From assembly GCA_963828465.1 (NCBI GenBank), contig CAWHEU010000013.1, positions 32,001-96,000 on the forward strand: a stretch of DNA of 64,000 bases. The letters run 5' to 3'. Positions 22,209 to 31,612 of the stretch are shown piece by piece. Positions within the stretch are counted from its first letter, which is position 1; each line of letters begins with the position of its first letter. Source of the stretch: an uncultured Acidobacteriota bacterium (lineage in GTDB: Bacteria; Actinomycetota; Acidimicrobiia; Spongiisociales; ZC4RG35). Both the position numbers and the translations under genes were made by a program. The notes beneath the pieces are model-generated. The model searched no databases and was not told the origin of the DNA. It saw nothing but the letters and a program-made list of their open reading frames with translations.

Positions 22209-23642
22209 ATGCAGCGCCACACCAAGATCATCGCGACGCTCGGGCCCGCCGTGGCCTCGGCTTCCGGGATCCTGGCCTTGGTCGAAGCAGGGATCGATGT
22301 CGCCCGGCTCAACTTCTCGCACGGCGAGCACGAGATCCATCGCGCCATGGCCGGCTGGGTGCGCGATGCCTCCAAGGAGACCGGGCGAACTGTGGCCCTC
22401 ATGCAGGACATACAGGGGCCCAAGCTGCGTGTCGGCGAGTTCGCGGAAGGGAAGGTGACGTTGGAGCCCGGGCGGGAGGTGACTCTGGTGGCCGATGGGG
22501 CAGTGGGCAACGCCAACGTGATCCCGGTGGGGTACGAGCCATTGCTGCAGGACGTCGTGCCCGGGGACCGGGTGCAGCTCGCCGATGGGCTCATCCGGTG
22601 CGAGGTGGTGGAGCGGACCGAAGCCGGCCTCGTCGCCGCAGTACGGGTTGGCGGGGTCCTCTCGGACCACAAGGGAGTGGCCTTCCCCGACAGCAAGCTG
22701 ACCCTGGAGATCATCACTCCCAAGGATGAGGTCGACCTCGCATTCGGGCGAGAGTTGGGGGTCGACTACGTCGCTGCATCGTTCGTTCGCAGCGGTGACG
22801 ACGTCCGGAGCGTGGCCCAGCTGGCCGGCGAAGCGCCGATCGTTGCCAAGATCGAGCTCGCCCAGGCATACGAGAACCTCGATGACATCATCGGGCCCTC
22901 CGCGGCGGTCATGGTGGCCCGAGGCGACCTCGGGGTTCAGTTGCCGCTGGAGAGGATCCCCCTCATCCAGGCCGAGATCCTCAAGAAGACGAATGCGGCG
23001 GGCCGCATCTCGATCACGGCGACCGAGATGCTCGAATCCATGACCAAGAGCCCCCGGCCCACCAGGGCTGAAGTGACCGACGTCGCCAATGCAGTGATGG
23101 CCGGCACCGACGCCGTGATGTTGTCGGGTGAGACCGCCGTTGGTGATTACCCGGTGGAGACGGTGACCGCCATGGCATCGATCTGTGTGGCGATGGAGGA
23201 GGGCACGCTTTCGACTCGCGGGCACCACTCCATACCGTTCGTCGGCGACGGCAACACGGTGGCATCGGCCGTTTCCCAAGCGGCCACCGAGATCGCGGTC
23301 AACCTGGAAGCCCAGACCATCGTGGCCTTCACCGAGTCGGGGAACACCGCCCGGCTGATCTCCAAGTACCGCCCCGAGGCGCGGATCGTGGCCTTCACCC
23401 CCAACGAGTCGACCCTCCACCAGATGGCCCTCTACTGGGGAGTCAGCCCTCACCCCTTCGAGCGCCGCACCTATACCGACGAGGAACTGGCCGCGGCCGC
23501 CGACATCCTCGAGCGGGAAGACGTGGTCAGGAGGGGCGATCGAGTGGTCATGGTGGCTGGGGTGCCACCGAATGTGCAGGCCTCCACCAACCTGGTCAAG
23601 GTCCATGTGATCGGCGAGACCTCCGGCGGCCTGGGGTCCTGA
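22209..23642 (+). CDS. pyk: Pyruvate kinase
   Basis: TKIIATLGPA, ARLNFSHG, DIQGPKLR, MVARGDLG, PTRAEVTDVAN, MLSGETA. Confidence 0.97.
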   Translation: MQRHTKIIATLGPAVASASGILALVEAGIDVARLNFSHGEHEIHRAMAGWVRDASKETGRTVALMQDIQGPKLRVGEFAEGKVTLEPGREVTLVADGAVGNANVIPVGYEPLLQDVVPGDRVQLADGLIRCEVVERTEAGLVAAVRVGGVLSDHKGVAFPDSKLTLEIITPKDEVDLAFGRELGVDYVAASFVRSGDDVRSVAQLAGEAPIVAKIELAQAYENLDDIIGPSAAVMVARGDLGVQLPLERIPLIQAEILKKTNAAGRISITATEMLESMTKSPRPTRAEVTDVANAVMAGTDAVMLSGETAVGDYPVETVTAMASICVAMEEGTLSTRGHHSIPFVGDGNTVASAVSQAATEIAVNLEAQTIVAFTESGNTARLISKYRPEARIVAFTPNESTLHQMALYWGVSPHPFERRTYTDEELAAAADILEREDVVRRGDRVVMVAGVPPNVQASTNLVKVHVIGETSGGLGS

Positions 23643-23645
23643 AAT

Positions 23646-23691
23646 CTCCCCCTCCGTCGCCTCCGGCGACACCTCCCCCTACGGGGGAGGA
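23646..23691. repeat. Twin-hairpin REP-like palindrome, copy 1
   Basis: CCCCCTCC-GTCGCC tcc GGCGAC-A-CCTCCCCC tac GGGGGAGG directly after the pyk stop. Confidence 0.7.
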
Positions 23692-23709
23692 ACTACCCTG
23701 CCGACCCTC

Positions 23710-24003
23710 ATGGGCCAGACCGTCGTCGTCAACGAGGTGAAGGAGCTCGGCGACGTCCTGCTCATCGATACCGATCGGAGCTTCACCGGCCAGGATGGGA
23801 TCGCCATGACGCCGTCCAGTCGGGGTGGGAGTGTTCCCGGTGTTCTCGCCGACCAACTGTTCGACCTTGGTCTGGGCGTCGATCACGTCTACGTGCTGCA
23901 GAATACTGTCACCGTGAAGCGCCCCGGGGGTTGGGACGAGGAGAGCAAAGCCGCGATCACCTCGATCGTGGAGAGCTTCCTGCGCTTCTACGACGAATCC
24001 TGA
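23710..24003 (+). CDS. NifU N-terminal/scaffold-like domain protein
   Basis: TDRSFTG...LADQLFDL..GVDHVYV..NTVTV.R..GWDE pattern. Confidence 0.65.
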   Translation: MGQTVVVNEVKELGDVLLIDTDRSFTGQDGIAMTPSSRGGSVPGVLADQLFDLGLGVDHVYVLQNTVTVKRPGGWDEESKAAITSIVESFLRFYDES

Positions 24004-24009
24004 CCGAGG

Positions 24010-25995
24010 TCAGGGAGTAGTGGGCGGTGTTGTCGCAGGCGGCACCGTGGTCGGCGGGACGGTCGTCGTCGGCGGGACAGTCGTCGGAGGGGGCACGGTG
24101 GTCGGTGGAACCGTCGTCGGGGGGACCGTGGTCGTAGTCGGGCAGGCAGTGGAGGTTCCCGGGACCATGCACGGGTGGACCTCGTAAACAGCGAACCTGG
24201 GGGCGTAGCGCACCGTCCACTCCTGTTCCGAGACCACTTCGTTCTCGTCGCCGCCGAGCAGGATGCGCCGCGTAACGGTCACGCTCCAACCTCCTAGCTC
24301 GGTCTGCGTCTGGTCCTCCTCGTTGATGCCCAAATCCGGGTTCGGCTCATACCGGGGCTCTGGCGGATCGGTCTCAGCGAAGCGATCGGAGACCGATCCT
24401 TTGACGTGGAGGGCGTTTGGCCCGCCTTCGGTGTCCACCCAGGCCCGGCTCTCGCCATCCGATTGCTCGCCCTTCAGAGTTCTGCCGTCGTTCTCCCCGA
24501 ATATCCGCACGGTGATCGAGGTGTCGGAGTAGGTGGTGTCGATGAGGATGCCGTTGTCGGTGTTGTTGCGGAACTTGAGGTCGGGGGTTCGCCAGTTGAG
24601 GGTGGCCTCGACGCCTTCGGGATACCTGGAGAAGTAGTAGGAGTGGGGCTTGTGCTCGACGTCCTCGTAGCCACCCCAGAACACAGCGTTGTACATCGTC
24701 GTCGTGAACTGGCTGACCCCGCCGCCGACGGTGTCCTCGACCTCACCGGCGATGATGGTGCCGGCAGGGAGGTAGCCGTCCTCCAGAGTCCTCTGGCCGA
24801 CATGGTCGTTGAGGCTGAATGTCTGTCCGGAGCCCACGATGGCCCCGTCGACCTCGTCGGCGATCGTGTGAATGTTCACAACACGGTCCTGACAGCAGTC
24901 GTAGTAGGTGGTGAATTGCGCCACGAGGTGGTTGATGTTGAGGCTCTCCAGATCGTCGGTCGTGACATCGGGCTCCGCGGCCTCGACCAGCGGCAGCTCC
25001 CCGATGCGCTCCGCGGTCATCGCCGCATCCGCCAGCCTCACGGCGGTCTCCTCGGCATCGATCTGGGTGCCGCTGGCGCCTGGGACAATCGAGATGCTGT
25101 CACCAGAGATCTCGAACGTCGCGTCCACCGGCTCCGCCTCGACCTGGTCTCGTATCGAGTCCAGGTAACTGTCGATCAGCTCAGGGTCGAAGGAGTTGAC
25201 GATGCGCGGCTCACTCTCGGTGACCGTCTCGGATCGGAAGGACTCGGTCAACTGGTCGACGGTGAAGACCACATCGACGTCTTCATGGTCGAGCTGGATC
25301 GGCTCGACGAGCATTGCTTGAGCCTGATCGACGGCACGGTCTACGTCTTCATCAGTGAGCACCGGCACGACGGTCGTTGTCGGGATCGAAGTGTGCTCCG
25401 GCTCGAGAGCGAGAAGGCTTGTCTCGACGATGGCCCGGGCCGCCGGTCGGTCGACGCCGGTGCCGACCTCGGGGTAGACAGCAGTCGGGCGGCCATCGGT
25501 GAGAATCACTCCACCCGGTGACGGGGGAAGGGCAATCACCTCGGCGTCCCAGGTGTCGAACACCTCCCCGATAGCCACGTCGTCTATCGAACCTCTGACG
25601 GGCACGTGCACCGTGTCGAATATGTGGCTGATCCACCAGGCGAACTCGGAGATCACGTTGCCGTTGCGCCCCACCAGCAGCGCCTCATCGGCGATCGCCT
25701 GCTCGTTGATGTCGAGCCCGGCCTCAGGGGGCTGCATGCTGACGAACTTGCCCTCGATGTTGAAGACGGCCGGCCGGCCCAGGTATTCCTCCTCCACCGC
25801 CACCAACGCGCTCAGGGCTTGCTCCTCGTCGAGACCGCCGATCTGGGTGTCGGAGACCTCCACACGGCCCATCACCTCACCTCGGGAAGCCAGGCGGGTC
25901 AGGCCGTAGGCGGTGAGCAAGAGCAGCACGAGACCGGCCACACCCACGATGAGCGCGCCAAGCGGAGTCCTGACTGCGGAGAGATGCTTTTTCAT
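24010..25995 (-). CDS. VanW family protein with peptidoglycan-binding repeats and Pro/Thr tail
   Basis: N-terminal TM, TFSLNDHVGQRT, GGGVSQFTTTMYNA, HSYYFSRYPEGVEAT, DLKFRN. Confidence 0.9.
   Translation of the reverse strand: MKKHLSAVRTPLGALIVGVAGLVLLLLTAYGLTRLASRGEVMGRVEVSDTQIGGLDEEQALSALVAVEEEYLGRPAVFNIEGKFVSMQPPEAGLDINEQAIADEALLVGRNGNVISEFAWWISHIFDTVHVPVRGSIDDVAIGEVFDTWDAEVIALPPSPGGVILTDGRPTAVYPEVGTGVDRPAARAIVETSLLALEPEHTSIPTTTVVPVLTDEDVDRAVDQAQAMLVEPIQLDHEDVDVVFTVDQLTESFRSETVTESEPRIVNSFDPELIDSYLDSIRDQVEAEPVDATFEISGDSISIVPGASGTQIDAEETAVRLADAAMTAERIGELPLVEAAEPDVTTDDLESLNINHLVAQFTTYYDCCQDRVVNIHTIADEVDGAIVGSGQTFSLNDHVGQRTLEDGYLPAGTIIAGEVEDTVGGGVSQFTTTMYNAVFWGGYEDVEHKPHSYYFSRYPEGVEATLNWRTPDLKFRNNTDNGILIDTTYSDTSITVRIFGENDGRTLKGEQSDGESRAWVDTEGGPNALHVKGSVSDRFAETDPPEPRYEPNPDLGINEEDQTQTELGGWSVTVTRRILLGGDENEVVSEQEWTVRYAPRFAVYEVHPCMVPGTSTACPTTTTVPPTTVPPTTVPPPTTVPPTTTVPPTTVPPATTPPTTP
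24013..24140 (-). repeat. Coding low-complexity repeat (PTTVP)n
   Basis: CPTTTTVPPTTVPPTTVPPPTTVPPTTTVPPTTVPPATTPPTTP at the VanW C-terminus. Confidence 0.85.
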
Positions 25996-26099
25996 GGAAG
26001 GCCGCCCCAAAACGACCTTTTGCCCGGGGCCAGCGATGGTAATGAGCAGTCCGCCGTTATCCGAAAATGTGACAGGACCGCTCTGTACTCTCGATTCGA

Positions 26100-26876
26100 G
26101 TGACGATCCGATTCCCGGAAATGGTTCATGGGGAAGCCCTCAAGGTCTCGGCGTCGACCTACGTCACCTTCAAGAAATGCCCTGCCCAGGCCGGGGCGAG
26201 GCTGCAGGGAATCTATGGCCCGGAGAGCCGTCAGTCCTTCCTCGGCATCCTTGCCCATCGGATCTTCAGCCGGCATCTGACCTCGGGCTCGATCCCGTCC
26301 GATGATTTTGTGCAGGCATGTCGTGAGGAGATCGGCGGCTCGAGCCTGAACCACAAGATGGCGGACCTCGAAATGCGTCCGTCCGCCCTGGCTGCCGTCA
26401 TCGAGGAGGTCCGTGGCCTCTACGAGCGTTTCACACGGCTGCCCTCCGAAGGGTTCGAAGGCTCCGAGCACAACCTCGAGGCGAACGTGGCCGAAGGTGT
26501 GGATTTGATGGGCACAGTCGATGCGGTTTACCGCGAGGATCTCGGTGGGTTCCGCCTTGTGGACTGGAAGACAGGCGAGCTCACCGATCCCGAGGATCAG
26601 CTTCTGTTCTATGCGCTCTTGTGGCTGCTCGACAGTGGGGAGTTGCCGGCCTACGTAGAAGCGGTATCGGTTAGGACAGGGGAGCGGTATCGAACTGTGC
26701 CCTCATCAGCAGACGCGGGGAGGGTGGCCGCCGAGATCGCTGAGCTGGTCGATCTCCTTCGCAACGCCTGGGCGACCGGCGCCGATCTTCCCCGGACCGG
26801 TGGTCCCTGGTGCCGGTATTGCCCGCTTCTCGAGGACTGTGAGGAGGGGAAATCGGTCGGGGCGCTGCTCGATTAA
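26100..26876 (+). CDS. PD-(D/E)XK nuclease, Cas4/AddB-like with Fe-S cysteines
   Basis: KKCP, GTVDAV...LVDWKTG, QLLFY, WCRYCPLLEDC. Confidence 0.85.
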   Translation: MTIRFPEMVHGEALKVSASTYVTFKKCPAQAGARLQGIYGPESRQSFLGILAHRIFSRHLTSGSIPSDDFVQACREEIGGSSLNHKMADLEMRPSALAAVIEEVRGLYERFTRLPSEGFEGSEHNLEANVAEGVDLMGTVDAVYREDLGGFRLVDWKTGELTDPEDQLLFYALLWLLDSGELPAYVEAVSVRTGERYRTVPSSADAGRVAAEIAELVDLLRNAWATGADLPRTGGPWCRYCPLLEDCEEGKSVGALLD

Positions 26877-26891
26877 CAACACCCCGACCGA
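26853..26891 (-). terminator. Hairpin downstream of the Cys-rich micropeptide
   Basis: Minus strand TCGGTCGGGG-TGTTG...CAGCG-CCCCGACCGA; inner stem pairs through G-U only in the minus-strand RNA. Confidence 0.55.
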
Positions 26892-26899
26892 GATGCCGA

Positions 26900-26959
26900 T
26901 CAGCAGCAGCGAATTCCGTCGCCGCCGCCACAGCAGTCGCTGTCATCGAGAAGGATCAT
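26900..26959 (-). CDS. 19-aa cysteine-rich micropeptide MILLDDSDCCGGGDGIRCC
   Basis: AGGGAG RBS 5 nt before ATG, two CC pairs, minus-strand TTGACA at 27020-27025, downstream hairpin. Confidence 0.62.
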   Translation of the reverse strand: MILLDDSDCCGGGDGIRCC

Positions 26960-26972
26960 CACTACTCCCTTC

Positions 26973-27028
26973 GTATCGATGATCTTCGATACATTGATCC
27001 TTGTCGATATATCGACTAATGTCAATAT
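26973..27028. promoter_or_regulatory. ArsR-type operator palindromes in a divergent promoter region
   Basis: GTATCGA-tgatct-TCGATAC (26973-26992), GTCGATATATCGAC (27003-27016), ATATCGAC-taat-GTCAATAT (27009-27028); AT-rich island. Confidence 0.7.
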
Positions 27029-27032
27029 GAGA

Positions 27033-27362
27033 ATGGAATGTTGTGAGCCGCTGTTTGGCGGGGTCCTGGAGGAGGAGGGAGCTACACGGACTGCTGCCAT
27101 GTTTGCCGCGTTGGCGGATCCGGTCCGTCTCAGGATCGTCTCGATGCTGGCGGCCGCTCCAGAGGGGACGGCCTGTGGCTGCGAGCTGGAAGACCCGCTC
27201 GGGCTGGCTCAGCCGACCGTGTCCCACCATCTCCGCATCCTGCGCGAAGCCGGCCTCGTCGTTGGAGAGAGGCGGGGGCGATGGGTCCATTACCGCGTCG
27301 TCCCGGAACGTCTCGATGAGATCAGGGACGCCCTCAGCCCACCCGTCCTAGACCCCGTCTAG
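27033..27362 (+). CDS. ArsR/SmtB metalloregulator
   Basis: N-terminal CC, FAALADPVRLRI, ACGCEL, QPTVSHHLRILREAGLV, RRGRWVHY. Confidence 0.92.
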   Translation: MECCEPLFGGVLEEEGATRTAAMFAALADPVRLRIVSMLAAAPEGTACGCELEDPLGLAQPTVSHHLRILREAGLVVGERRGRWVHYRVVPERLDEIRDALSPPVLDPV

Positions 27363-27913
27363 CTCTCTTCGAGCATCTCGAGCAGGCGGGTCACTGTGTT
27401 CCAGTTGCGGGCGGTGCCGGTCACGCCGAGGACCTTCTCGAAATAGCTCAGGTCGAGCTTGGAGCGCCCCGAGCCGGCGGGGCCGTATTGAACGAATATC
27501 TCCTGGCCCTCGACAGAGAACCGGTCGGCAGGTGAGCGATCAGGATCGAGCGCGACCACCCGGTCGTGAGCCGGCACCGATTCGAGGAAGACCGCATGAA
27601 CCATCGTGGGGTTGATATCCGGCCCGAGGAAGGGGTTGGCCAGGACCGTATTCGCCATCCCATTCCGGTCCCGGACAATGACACGGATAGTCAATCCGAG
27701 ACTGTCGCTGATCACCTTTTCGATGAGCCCGGCAACTGCATCGGAATCGCCGGACGGGGGAGTCACGATCACGTTCCCGCTCTGGAGATGCGTCCGGACA
27801 TCGCCCAGGCCCTGCAGCTCGAGCAATGATCTGAGCTCGGCCATCGGCACCCTGACCCCTCCCACATTGACTCCGCGGAGGAGCGCAACCACACGCTCCG
27901 GAGTCTCAGGCAT
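27359..27913 (-). CDS. DUF1697 family protein
   Basis: VALLRGVNVGG, VRTHLQSGNV, TARNWNTV. Confidence 0.9.
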   Translation of the reverse strand: MPETPERVVALLRGVNVGGVRVPMAELRSLLELQGLGDVRTHLQSGNVIVTPPSGDSDAVAGLIEKVISDSLGLTIRVIVRDRNGMANTVLANPFLGPDINPTMVHAVFLESVPAHDRVVALDPDRSPADRFSVEGQEIFVQYGPAGSGRSKLDLSYFEKVLGVTGTARNWNTVTRLLEMLEES

Positions 27914-28788
27914 CGAGCTCCGACCGGTAATGCGCCGAACCGGGACCGATCGGGGCACGAACTCCACGATGCTCCCATTCACCACCGAGTGCGGTCGAGA
28001 CCACCTCTTCGGAGTTGCTCGGTTGGGCGCCAAAGGTCGGGTCGATCGCCGTCGGTCCTTCGACGATGGTGTTGGTCAACGCCCCGAGGCCCTCCACCGT
28101 GACCGTCACCACGTCTCCGGGGTCAACCGGTCTCGACCCGGCCGGGGTCCCGGAGAGGATGATGTCCCCGGGCAACAGCGTGATGGTGCGAGCCAGATCC
28201 GCCACGAGATACCCCATGTCCCATTCCATCTCGTCGGTGGACCCTTCCTGGCGGATCTCACCGTTCACATGCGTCGTGATTTCCTTTCCCCTGAATGTCC
28301 CAGTCGGTGACGAGCCCGGGGCCGATCGGGCAGAGTGTGTCAGAGCCCTTGACCCGGAGCATCGAGCCGGCGTCGGTGTCACGGAAGTCGTGCAGCCCGA
28401 AGTCGTTGGCGATGGTGTATCCGGCGATCCGTGATTCGGCTTCGCGGATCGAGACATTGCGACATGTCTCCCCGATGACGATGGCGATCTCCCCCTCGTA
28501 GTTGAGGTACCGGCAACCTTCGGGCCGGACCACGCTGCCGCCGTGGGAGTTCAGCGCACTCGTCGGCTTCTGGAAATAGGTAGGCGCCGGAGGGAGCTTC
28601 GTCATGAACTCCTCCACGCGGCTGCGGTAATTGAGGTGAACGGCGATGATCTTCGACGGCTCGACCGGAGGGAGGTGAATCGCCTGCTCGGCCGGGACCC
28701 TGTGTCCGTCATCCGCCACGAGCTCCTCGCCTGCTCTGACGACCTGGGTGGCTACGCCGTCGAGCAGGATCCTTCGGTGTTCCGCCAT
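27906..28788 (-). CDS. Fumarylacetoacetate hydrolase family (HpaG-like), frameshifted at ~28296
   Basis: KIIAVHLNY, PTYFQKP, NYEGEIA, ANDF, KGSDTLCPIGP then ITLLPGDIILSGTP in the next frame; removing one base gives TDWDFRGKEIT. Confidence 0.88.
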
Positions 28789-28832
28789 CCGGCCCCACGG
28801 TACCCATGCAATGCCTGCGATCATGTGGGCAA

Positions 28833-30098
28833 ATGTCCCTGAGCACCCTTCACCAGGACCCCCGTGAGGCCCACGCCGACATCACATCACATGACACCTT
28901 CGTGCGGTCCGTTCCCCATGCCACCTTCGCCCGTATGCGCCGCGAGGAGCCGGTGGCCTGGGTCGAGGAGAGCGATGGCGAGGGCTTCTGGGCGCTGACC
29001 AAGCACGCCGACATCTCGGTGGCGAGCCGGGACTTCGGGAGATTCACCGCCTCGAGGGGGATCAGGATCGAGCAGATGGCGCCCGACGAGCTCGAGGCAC
29101 GACGAACCATGATGGAGTTCGACCCTCCGGAGCACGCCAGGCTGAGGCGGCTCGTCCAACCCGGTTTCACACCCAAGGTGGTGGCGACCTACGAGAGCGC
29201 GTTCCGGACCCTGGCCGGCCAGGTCCTCGACCGTGTCCTCTCTCTCGGAGAGTTCGACTTCGTCACCGAGATCGCCCGGGAGCTGCCGATCCGCCTTCTC
29301 TGCCGCCTTCTCGGCGTCCCCGAGACGGACGCCCAGCAGTTGGTGGCCTGGGGGGACCAGATGATCTCCAACGCCGACCCCGAGTACACCCCGGTGGTGA
29401 TCGACAAGATGGACACGGAGGAATACCGGCTGCTCCCGTTTCGATCCCCGGCTGCCCTCGAAGTCTTTCGCTATGCCGAGGAGATTGCACTGGAACGGCG
29501 AAGCAACCCGGCCGACGACATCGTGACGGTGCTCCTCACGGCCGAACCGGACGGGCAGCCCCTGACCGACCTGGAGTTCAAGAACTTCTTCACCCTCATG
29601 ATGGTCGCCGGGAACGAGACGACCCGGCACACCATCAGCCACGGTCTCATCTATCTCCTCGAACATCGCGACCAGTTGGAACAACTGCGCGAGGACCCGG
29701 CGCGTCTCTCAGCGCCGGCCACTGAGGAGATCCTCCGCACATCGTCGGTGACCATGCATTTCCGGCGCACCGCCACCGAGGACGTGGCGTTGCGGGGGAG
29801 GACCATCCGGTCCGGAGACCGGGTCGTCATGTGGTACCCATCGGCGAATCACGACGAGGAGGTGTTCGACAGCCCGTTCACCTTCGACATCCGTCGCCAA
29901 CCAAACGACCATCTGACCTTTGGCACGGGCCGTCACGTTTGCCTCGGCGCCTCCTTGGCCCGTCTCGAGGTGCGGGTCGTGTTCGAGGAGCTCTTGACAC
30001 GGGTTGCCTCGATCGAGATCACCGGTCCGCCCGATCGTCTTCGCTCCAACTTCATCAACGGGATCAAGCATCTCCCGGTCAGGGTGACGACGGTCTGA
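28833..30098 (+). CDS. Cytochrome P450
   Basis: AGNETT I-helix, EILR, FGTGRHVCLG heme motif. Confidence 0.95.
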   Translation: MSLSTLHQDPREAHADITSHDTFVRSVPHATFARMRREEPVAWVEESDGEGFWALTKHADISVASRDFGRFTASRGIRIEQMAPDELEARRTMMEFDPPEHARLRRLVQPGFTPKVVATYESAFRTLAGQVLDRVLSLGEFDFVTEIARELPIRLLCRLLGVPETDAQQLVAWGDQMISNADPEYTPVVIDKMDTEEYRLLPFRSPAALEVFRYAEEIALERRSNPADDIVTVLLTAEPDGQPLTDLEFKNFFTLMMVAGNETTRHTISHGLIYLLEHRDQLEQLREDPARLSAPATEEILRTSSVTMHFRRTATEDVALRGRTIRSGDRVVMWYPSANHDEEVFDSPFTFDIRRQPNDHLTFGTGRHVCLGASLARLEVRVVFEELLTRVASIEITGPPDRLRSNFINGIKHLPVRVTTV

Positions 30099-30102
30099 CG
30101 CC

Positions 30103-30810
30103 CTAGACGTGGGTCAGCAAGAGCCCGATAGCGAGGGTTACCGTGGTCCAGGTGAGGAGGCGAAGTGGCTTCTCCCAGGTTTGCAGAAGCTGACCTCGAT
30201 CCCAGGACCGCTCCCCGTCGAACACAGTGACCGCCTCGCCGGTGCGTCTCCTGACAAAACGAGCAGGGGTGCTCAATGCCCGTTGCGCCAGGCTGAGGAG
30301 GCAGGCCATCGCAGCCATGACGATGACGGGCAGCGTGATCGTCATGGTCTGCGCCCAGTAGCCCACGAGGAGAGGGAACGCCCCCCAGGCCAGCCCGAAC
30401 CCGACGTCACTGTGTAAGAAGGGCCACTCCAGGGCGTAGCCAACTGCGAGGAAGATGCCCGCGATCGCCCAAAGCAGGACCCACGGTGAGACCACGAACG
30501 ACCCGACCACGGCGATCGCCAGCGACACGACCATGGCGCCGATGCCTACCGCCCACAACGCCCGGTCCGAGATGCGCGTCCCCAGAGGGCGGCTCTTCAC
30601 CTCGTCGAGGGCGTGGGCGCCCACACCGAGCCCTACGGCGAACGCAGCCAGGGTGCCGCCGAGGATGAGCCAATCGAGCTCTGCGGCGAGGGCGGCTCCG
30701 ATTGGGACATAGGAGAGATGCCACAACGTGTAGGGGACATGGAGGAGGGAGACGAAGTCCCCGGTCAGCGAGCCGGTAGGGGCGTAGAAGGCTGGGCGCC
30801 GATCGCTCAC
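30103..30810 (-). CDS. Multi-pass membrane protein, possibly UbiA-like
   Basis: Many TM segments, AHALDEVKSRPLGT loop; coupled to the methyltransferase. Confidence 0.6.
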   Translation of the reverse strand: MSDRRPAFYAPTGSLTGDFVSLLHVPYTLWHLSYVPIGAALAAELDWLILGGTLAAFAVGLGVGAHALDEVKSRPLGTRISDRALWAVGIGAMVVSLAIAVVGSFVVSPWVLLWAIAGIFLAVGYALEWPFLHSDVGFGLAWGAFPLLVGYWAQTMTITLPVIVMAAMACLLSLAQRALSTPARFVRRRTGEAVTVFDGERSWDRGQLLQTWEKPLRLLTWTTVTLAIGLLLTHV

Positions 30811-31514
30811 GAGCCTCCGACCTCGGAATGCTCTGGTTTGTGCGCCCACATGACGAGACCCCCGCCAAGGGAGAGGCGTTCGTACTGGACCCCGGCGAGA
30901 CCGGCTCTCTCCCAGATGAGGGCGAGCCGATCCGGCGGGTAGTTGTCAGCGAATTCCTCGATGCTCGGACCGAGGAACTTTCCTACCTCGGGCCAGCCCT
31001 CTCCGGCCAGGAGCCCGGCGACAGGCAGCACGAGACGGGTATAGAGCCACCACAACGGCCGCCAAATGCCCCGCGGCCGGCCGAATTCCACCATTCCGAC
31101 GCGGCCGCCCGGTCTCAGGGCACGGGTGATCTCGGTCAAGCAATCGCCCACGTCCCCCACGTAGCGGAGCAGGTAGCCGAAGGTGACGATGTCGAAGCGG
31201 GCATCGGGAAAAGGGAGCCACTCGGCGGACGCAAGCACCCCGGTTGCGCCTCGGGCGATGGCCGGTCCCAGCATCTGGGCACTCTGGTCGAGGGACGTCA
31301 CCGTTGCCCCTTCCTCCTGAAGGCGGCGGGTGATCGAGCCGGTCCCGGCGGCGATGTCGAGCGCGACATCCCCCGGGCGCGGGGCGATCACCTCGACCAT
31401 GTGGTCCCGCCAGCGACCGTCCTGTCCCATGCTGAGGATCCGGGCCCAGCGCTCGTATCCGGGCGCGAGGGGGGCGAACAAGGCCCGTGCGATGCGAGTG
31501 GGAGTGGCGGTCAC
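30807..31514 (-). CDS. UbiE/MenG-like class I SAM methyltransferase
   Basis: LSMGQDGRWR, LDIAAGTG, LPFPDARFD, FGYLLRYV, LRPGG. Confidence 0.85.
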   Translation of the reverse strand: MTATPTRIARALFAPLAPGYERWARILSMGQDGRWRDHMVEVIAPRPGDVALDIAAGTGSITRRLQEEGATVTSLDQSAQMLGPAIARGATGVLASAEWLPFPDARFDIVTFGYLLRYVGDVGDCLTEITRALRPGGRVGMVEFGRPRGIWRPLWWLYTRLVLPVAGLLAGEGWPEVGKFLGPSIEEFADNYPPDRLALIWERAGLAGVQYERLSLGGGLVMWAHKPEHSEVGGS

Positions 31515-31612
31515 CGCCGGGACGGTACCGATCAATGGGCGAAGTGGTCATGCCACCCGGGTTGTATCTGGATCACAAGGTTTGACGTACCCGGGTTCGT
31601 GGAATGAGAGAG

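Noticed and set aside
21735-23672. Long antisense or alternative-frame ORFs (e.g. 2558-4291, 17878-19482, 21735-23672, 32627-34447, 58980-60134)
   Set aside because: Shadow ORFs of real genes in high-GC DNA; no family motifs
24013-24140. Tandem repeats near the Cas4-like gene as a CRISPR array
   Set aside because: They are degenerate coding PTTVP repeats with no spacers; no array or cas1/cas2 in the window
26897-26902. Selenocysteine readthrough of the TGA ending the Cys-rich peptide
   Set aside because: The downstream hairpin is a long GC stem more like a terminator, and no sel genes are in the window; not testable here
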